Positions 58,797-64,000 of a DNA stretch of 64,000 bases are shown piece by piece. The translations under genes were made by a program, and so were the position numbers. A model generated the notes under the pieces. It had not been told where the DNA came from. It saw only the letters and a list, made by a program, of their open reading frames with translations, and searched no databases. Every line of letters begins with the position of its first letter. Within the stretch, counting starts at the first letter, position 1. This DNA comes from Cenarchaeum sp. (GTDB lineage: Archaea > Thermoproteota > Nitrososphaeria > Nitrososphaerales > Nitrosopumilaceae): the NCBI GenBank assembly GCA_963692915.1, contig OY843584.1, positions 480,001 through 544,000 of the forward strand. Reading direction: 5' to 3'.

Positions 58797-59887
58797 AAGT
58801 TGTCGCGCTCGACGGGCTCATAGCCTATCTGGCGCACGGATGCCTCTATTGCCTCGCCGCTGAGCTCCGTCGAGCGAGAGCCCGTGCACGAGACGACCTC
58901 CTCGCCAATGAGCGTGCCGCCAAAGTCGTCTGCGCCGTACTCTAGGGCAAGCTGCGCCATGCCGACGCCGTTTGTGAGCCATGACGACTGGAGATGCGGT
59001 ATGATCGAGTCAAAGATAATCCGCGATATGGCGATCATCTTTAGCAGGCGCGCGCCACCGGCGCCGTGTGTGACGGTTCCCTCTTCGGCAAGCTGCGTGT
59101 TGTTTGGCTCAAAGTTCCACGGTATGAACGCCATGAACCCGCGCGTCTTCTCCTGCAGTCTCGCTATGCGCTCAATATGCTCGGCAATCTCGCCGGGCTC
59201 CTCGACGTGGCCGTACATCATGCTAGCCGAGGCCGGCATTCCGAGGTCGTGGCACTCCTCCATTATGCGAATCCACTCCGAGCTCGTTATCTTTTTTGGG
59301 CTGATTATGTCCCTCACGCGGTCAGTGAGTATCTCGGCTCCGGCTCCGGGCATGGACTGCATGCCTGAGTCCTTTAGCCTCGAGAGAACCTCTCGCGTGG
59401 ATGACTTTGACACGCGCGCTATCATGTCTATCTCTGAGGCAGACAGCGCATGAACGCCAACCTTTGGGAACTCTGCGCGCATCATCGAGAAGGCCTCCTC
59501 ATAGTACTCGATCGGCAGATTGGGGTTGTGACCACCCTGTATGAGAACCTGCCTTATGCCAAATGCCTCCCACGCCGTCTTTACGCGTGCCCTGATCTGG
59601 TCTAGCGTGAGCGTGTATGCCTCATCATCGCCGGGAGGCCTGTAGAACGCGCAGAACTTGCAGTCCGTGACGCAGACGTTGGTATAGTTGAGTATGATAT
59701 TGTTGACGTATGTCACCTTCTTTCCAAAGCGCCTGCGCACAAGGTGGTTTGCCACCATGCCCATCAGCTCCGACTCGTCTGACTCTAGGAGCCTAAGGCA
59801 GTCCTCGCGCGATGGCCGCGCGCCGGCGATCGCCGACTCGAGAATGTCGCCAATGTCAGAGCTGACCTGCTCCACAAGCTGCCTCAA
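58769..59887 (-). CDS. mqnC: CofH/MqnC-family radical SAM enzyme (probably cyclic dehypoxanthinyl futalosine synthase)
   Basis: NYTNVCVTDCKFCAF, QGGHNP, PGAGAEIL, MMYGH.E, AFIPW, GADDFGGT..EEVV. TTG start after TTAAATATA. Confidence 0.8.
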   Translation of the reverse strand: MRQLVEQVSSDIGDILESAIAGARPSREDCLRLLESDESELMGMVANHLVRRRFGKKVTYVNNIILNYTNVCVTDCKFCAFYRPPGDDEAYTLTLDQIRARVKTAWEAFGIRQVLIQGGHNPNLPIEYYEEAFSMMRAEFPKVGVHALSASEIDMIARVSKSSTREVLSRLKDSGMQSMPGAGAEILTDRVRDIISPKKITSSEWIRIMEECHDLGMPASASMMYGHVEEPGEIAEHIERIARLQEKTRGFMAFIPWNFEPNNTQLAEEGTVTHGAGGARLLKMIAISRIIFDSIIPHLQSSWLTNGVGMAQLALEYGADDFGGTLIGEEVVSCTGSRSTELSGEAIEASVRQIGYEPVERDNFYAPVVPSP

Positions 59888-60135
59888 TGACGCGATTGGG
59901 GCATCGCCTCTATATTTAATCTTGGGAGGCTGCACGTGGACTGCTGGCGCACGGTCTGGCGATCGGCGGCCTGCGAGCCTGCAGGCGGTTCCAGATGGTA
60001 CGTTCAGGGCATGCGGCAACGGCCGGCATTGCGCAGCAGACGGGCAATGGGGTAAGATTTGGCAGGCGCGATGGTCTCGTTTGCGGCCCACGGCCCCACA
60101 CCTGCTTTATTACCCGATGGCGCCATCGCCGTGCG

Positions 60136-61293
60136 GTGATCGCAGACTCGCGTCTCGTGAGGGAGGCGCTTGCCAGGGAGTGGAACGAGCGCGTTGCTGC
60201 GTCATCACCACAGTGGCGCGACGGGGTGGACGGCTCGAGCCCGCCGTCAGTCTTTGTGGGTTCGCACATGTACCCGAGCCTTGGTGTCGGGCCACTTGTT
60301 CCCGCCGCACACGGTGACACGAGCATCTATGACTCACCGGAGCGCTGGGGCGACATGTCACTTGAGGACATTGTGTCACTCCGGCTTCGACTTGTGCGCG
60401 GTGTGCGCAGGGTTCGCGCAGAGGAGACTGACAGCAGGTATGTGCGATCACTCCAAGAGGTGGCCATGGCATCGCGGCCGACTGATGCCGAGCTGAGCTT
60501 TGAGCGCCCTGCGGCCACGCAGGGCGTGCCTGACGGGCATGCAGCGCCGTTTGGGCCAGTTGGGGAGATAAGGTCAGCGTCGTTTGCCGGCGCGCCTGTG
60601 TTTCGGACACTAGAGCGCGCGCACGAGGACACGGACATGGGGGCCGCCACGGCGATCCTTGAGCTCTACCGCGCAGGAGTGGACATTACCAGAATACAGA
60701 GGTGCCTCAGCATTGGGATGTTTGGGAAACGCCGACGGCTTGTCCCGACGCGATGGGGCATAACCGCAGTTGACTCTGTGATATCGTCCTCGCTGTCGCG
60801 CGAGGCCATGGAGATGCCCGAGCTCGACTCGTGGCGCGTGTTTGCCTCAGAAAGGCTTGGAAACATGTATGCGGTGATCCTCTATCCGCACGCATGGAGG
60901 TACGAGATGGTCGAGGCGTGGCCGAGGGAGGATGGCACGATGGCCTTTGGGTCAGACTCTGAGGGCCATGCGGGAATTGACCACGCTCCGGCCATCGCCG
61001 GCGCGTACCACGCCGCGCGGCTCGCCGTCTGCGAGCACCTCGTGCGCATCGGCGCACACGCCGGCGCGCTCGTCCTGCGCGAGATACGGCCAGAGTACTC
61101 TGTGCCAGTTGGCGTGTGGCAGGTTCGCGAGGGCGTGCGCGAGGCGATGCGCTCCACGCACACAGTCGTGGACGGGATAGACGAGGCGATTAAGCTGGCC
61201 TCGTCCAGGACCAGCGTGAGTGCCGCCGAGTGGCTCTCGCACGGGACTACGGCACGCGAGCTGCATCAGAGGACGATTGCCGAGTTCATGTGA
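60136..61293 (+). CDS. Nre-family DNA repair protein (PCNA-interacting)
   Basis: GSSPPSVFVG..YP...GPL, DSPE.W, RRLVPTRWGITAVD, GAY.AARL, Y..PVGVWQVRE, C-terminal PIP-like QRTIAEF. Confidence 0.85.
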   Translation: MIADSRLVREALAREWNERVAASSPQWRDGVDGSSPPSVFVGSHMYPSLGVGPLVPAAHGDTSIYDSPERWGDMSLEDIVSLRLRLVRGVRRVRAEETDSRYVRSLQEVAMASRPTDAELSFERPAATQGVPDGHAAPFGPVGEIRSASFAGAPVFRTLERAHEDTDMGAATAILELYRAGVDITRIQRCLSIGMFGKRRRLVPTRWGITAVDSVISSSLSREAMEMPELDSWRVFASERLGNMYAVILYPHAWRYEMVEAWPREDGTMAFGSDSEGHAGIDHAPAIAGAYHAARLAVCEHLVRIGAHAGALVLREIRPEYSVPVGVWQVREGVREAMRSTHTVVDGIDEAIKLASSRTSVSAAEWLSHGTTARELHQRTIAEFM

Positions 61294-61350
61294 GGCGCAT
61301 CTCTGCGCCCACAGAACTGTTTATTTGTGCGCATATGGGGTTGTGTGGGC

Positions 61351-62277
61351 ATGGTGAATGCGATGATGCTCGTGGGCATGGCGCTAGTCGCCGCACCCGT
61401 GGCATTTGCGTTTGTGGCGTATCCGGACACGTTTGAGCTTGGCTGGAACCAGGGACGCGGCGGTGCGCTCTTTGCAGTGGCCTTTGCCGTGGCCGAGCTT
61501 GCAATGCTGCGAGTCGCGATCAGCACGCACCGCATTGCCGCATGCGTGCCCATTGCCGCCGGCGCCATCGCGTATATAGCGGCAGCCGAGTCTGGCCTGC
61601 GCGACACGCTGGCCTCGACATCGATGGCCGCCGGAGTCGAGCTGTCTGCGTCATGGGCATGGATGTGGGACATTGCGATAATCACGGCGTTTATCGTGGC
61701 CACGCTCCATGTCCTTCTCGGGCTCAGGTGGCTGCGCCTCACGCCGGCCGGCCCCATCTTTCTTGGCGGTAGCGCGCTCATCCTGGGCCTTGATGCGTAC
61801 TTTCCATACAACAAGCTCGGCGCGCTCCAGTACGTGGTTCCGTACATGGTCGAGCTAAACGTGTGGCTCGTCGGGGTCTTTGATCTTGGCGTGGCCAACG
61901 CGCGCGACAACATGATGTTCCTGAGCGGCGACCACGGGCACTTTGCGCTCCAGGTCTTTTGGCCGTCAGCCGGCGTTCACAGCATAATCATCTATTCGCT
62001 TGTGATGATGGCGTTTCTCCTAAAGATGCGCGTGCCGGCGCACCGCAAGGCCATATGGTTTGCCATCGGCATCGTCGGGACGATCACGGTAAACGTCATT
62101 AGGATATTCCTCCTGTCGTGGTATGCGCTAAAGGTCACGACTGACGCCGAGCGCTGGGAGGAGTTCCATTCAGTCGCCGGCGAGATCATGTTCTTGCCCT
62201 GGCTCTTTGCGTTCATCGTGCTCGTCATGGCAGTCGAGACGCGCCGCGCGCGCAGGATGGAGCAGGCTCAGGAATAG
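61351..62277 (+). CDS. Thaumarchaeosortase (exosortase/archaeosortase family)
   Basis: Multi-TM protein with VFWPSAGVHS (Ser at the usual Cys position), VNVIRI and FH..G triad pattern. Confidence 0.82.
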   Translation: MVNAMMLVGMALVAAPVAFAFVAYPDTFELGWNQGRGGALFAVAFAVAELAMLRVAISTHRIAACVPIAAGAIAYIAAAESGLRDTLASTSMAAGVELSASWAWMWDIAIITAFIVATLHVLLGLRWLRLTPAGPIFLGGSALILGLDAYFPYNKLGALQYVVPYMVELNVWLVGVFDLGVANARDNMMFLSGDHGHFALQVFWPSAGVHSIIIYSLVMMAFLLKMRVPAHRKAIWFAIGIVGTITVNVIRIFLLSWYALKVTTDAERWEEFHSVAGEIMFLPWLFAFIVLVMAVETRRARRMEQAQE

Positions 62278-63359
62278 TCGTCCATGCTGGCCTGACCGCC
62301 GGCCTCTCCGAGCTCAGACACCCTGACCCCTAGGCGCCTCACGGGGATCTCTTGGGACTTTAGCGCTTCCTGCAGGAGCGACAGCGCGGCGCGCTCCATC
62401 TCGCGCAGCGACGACGTTGGGCTTCGAAGCGTAGTCGATCGTGATCTCGTTGCCATGTTTGCCTGGATGATCTGTATCCCCACACAACGAAACGTCCTCG
62501 AGTCGGCAGTAATGGCCCTGTGGACGCCTTCGCACAGGGGCCCGACGCTTGCGGACAGAAACCCCGAGTCAGTCGAGTCACGCGAGAGCGTCACGATCTT
62601 GCTGTACTGGACGTTGGGCCCGCGCTCGGCCACCGGCTCGTCGTCCTTTCCATTTGACACGTTATGCAGGTGTGTTCCCATGCGCCGCCCATATGCCTCG
62701 ACTAGCGAAAAGACGCCACGTTCACGAATGTCTGCGACTGTCTTTAGCCCGTTTGAGACCAGTGACTCCTCTGCCCTCTTGCCGAGGCCGGGTATCTTGC
62801 GCACGCCCATTGGCCCCATGAACTCCTTTACTGTCTCTGGCGTCACAACCGTGAGGCCATCGGGCTTTTGATGGTCAGACGCAATCTTTGCGACCAGCCT
62901 GTTTGGCGCCACCCCTATCGAGCACGTGAGTGACACGCCTGCACGCACGTCGTTCTTTACCTGCTGCGCTATGTGTCGCGCAGTGTCATAGCTCCCCGAT
63001 GTCCTCTGCGTCACGTCCAGGTATGCCTCATCACGCCCGACATACTCGAATATGTCCGCATGTCCCCTGATTATCTCCATCGCGCGCTCCGAGATATCGC
63101 CATAAAACCCAAAGTCAACTGGCAAAAACTCTGCCTCCGGCACGTCCTCTAGGCGCCTGCGGGCCAGGCTTATCGACATGCCGGACTTTACGCCATGCTC
63201 GCGTGCCACATAGTTTGCCGTCGCGACTGCGCCACTGTCCCCACCCCTCCCGGAAAAGACGCAGACCACGAGCGGGACTGCGCAAAGGGCAGGCCTGCGC
63301 GTCTCCTCGCACTGTGCGTAGAAATGGTCAAAGTCCACGTGCATGACTATTCTCTCCAT
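62268..63359 (-). CDS. dinB: Y-family DNA polymerase IV (Dpo4/DinB)
   Basis: HVDFDHFYAQCE, ATANY.AR..GV.SGM, DEAYLD, SIGVAPN..VAKIASD..KPDG, IPGLGK, RRLGV, terminal PIP-like motif. Confidence 0.93.
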   Translation of the reverse strand: MERIVMHVDFDHFYAQCEETRRPALCAVPLVVCVFSGRGGDSGAVATANYVAREHGVKSGMSISLARRRLEDVPEAEFLPVDFGFYGDISERAMEIIRGHADIFEYVGRDEAYLDVTQRTSGSYDTARHIAQQVKNDVRAGVSLTCSIGVAPNRLVAKIASDHQKPDGLTVVTPETVKEFMGPMGVRKIPGLGKRAEESLVSNGLKTVADIRERGVFSLVEAYGRRMGTHLHNVSNGKDDEPVAERGPNVQYSKIVTLSRDSTDSGFLSASVGPLCEGVHRAITADSRTFRCVGIQIIQANMATRSRSTTLRSPTSSLREMERAALSLLQEALKSQEIPVRRLGVRVSELGEAGGQASMDDYS

Positions 63360-63509
63360 CTGCGCGCAGCGGCCCGCACACGGGCCATATATCTCGCTGG
63401 CGCGCAAGGGTCGGCAGGACCGCCCCTGTGACCACCGGGTGTTGGGCTAAATAGCCCCCCCGCGCCGCTGCCCCCCATGGAGAGGGCGGTGTCTGCCGGC
63501 GAGGGCGGA

Positions 63510-64000
63510 ATGAAGGTCAGGCCCGAGCTCATGGAGACTGACACGCTATACCATTGCATTGCGGGAGGCAGGCTCATGCTGGTGTATCGCGACGCGCAGG
63601 AGATAATGCACTGCTATGAGGTTGATGACGAGAGCCTGCTCAAAGCCGTTCGCTCGTGTCCTACCTATGAGGAGGCCTCGCGCCTGCTAGAGCGCATGGG
63701 CGAGGGGGACATGAATAGGGTTATTAACCAACAGGATCCGAGTGATGCCACAATGAGCGCAGACAGCGACGCCGCAAAGGTTTACAGCGAATACACGTCA
63801 TCGAGTTCGGATTCAGGTGAGGCCTCGCAGAACACGTCATCAGAGCGACCGCTAGAGATGCATCCCGAAGGTGCGGCTAGCGCCGGTTCGGGTGACTCGT
63901 GCGGATGCCATGGGGAGGGCGGCTCATGCGAAGGTGATGGTGCGTCGAGCCAGTCCGGAGACAGGCCCGAGGGCGGCCATGACAGCCATGGTGACGGCCA
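63510..64000 (+). CDS. Hypothetical ORF running off the window edge (globular N-part plus Ser/Gly/Glu/His-rich extension)
   Basis: Hand translation is open from ATG 63477/63510 (MKVRPELMETDTLYHCI...) to the end of the window without a stop. Absent from the ORF track. Confidence 0.6.
   Translation, partial: MKVRPELMETDTLYHCIAGGRLMLVYRDAQEIMHCYEVDDESLLKAVRSCPTYEEASRLLERMGEGDMNRVINQQDPSDATMSADSDAAKVYSEYTSSSSDSGEASQNTSSERPLEMHPEGAASAGSGDSCGCHGEGGSCEGDGASSQSGDRPEGGHDSHGDG

Overview
Gene-dense, GC-rich archaeal chromosomal segment. The gene content points to an ammonia-oxidising Nitrososphaerota (Thaumarchaeota) genome of the Nitrosopumilaceae/Cenarchaeum type: thaumarchaeosortase, two TFBs, rps8e-srp19-gar1-tfb-sufC synteny, futalosine-pathway genes, PurP and TATA-type promoters. 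The high GC and complete Liv transporter suggest, by inference only, a host-associated lineage such as a sponge symbiont. Most genes are housekeeping (purL/purF/purP, aspS-gatCAB, pyrG, smc, metG, rpl12, SUI1, secG, dinB, egtB/egtD, ubiD-like/mqnC). The unusual elements are: (1) an H/ACA-RNP Gar1 carrying a ~340-aa Arg/Gly/Ser/Tyr tail built from 87-bp tandem repeats, resembling eukaryotic GAR/RGG domains; (2) a TFB paralogue whose Zn-ribbon is replaced by a Lys-rich tail; (3) tandem, translationally coupled SAH-hydrolase paralogues, one with the catalytic His changed to Gln; (4) an IS hotspot upstream of rpl12, where an IS481 inserted onto the end of an IS66 (order readable from the target duplications), plus IS481 end remnants and a 114-bp IS66-derived MITE; (5) a DtxR/SirR-like operator before sufC and a possible non-canonical ACG start for egtD. 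No tRNA, rRNA or CRISPR array was recognised. All family calls come from motif recognition by eye, not database searches.
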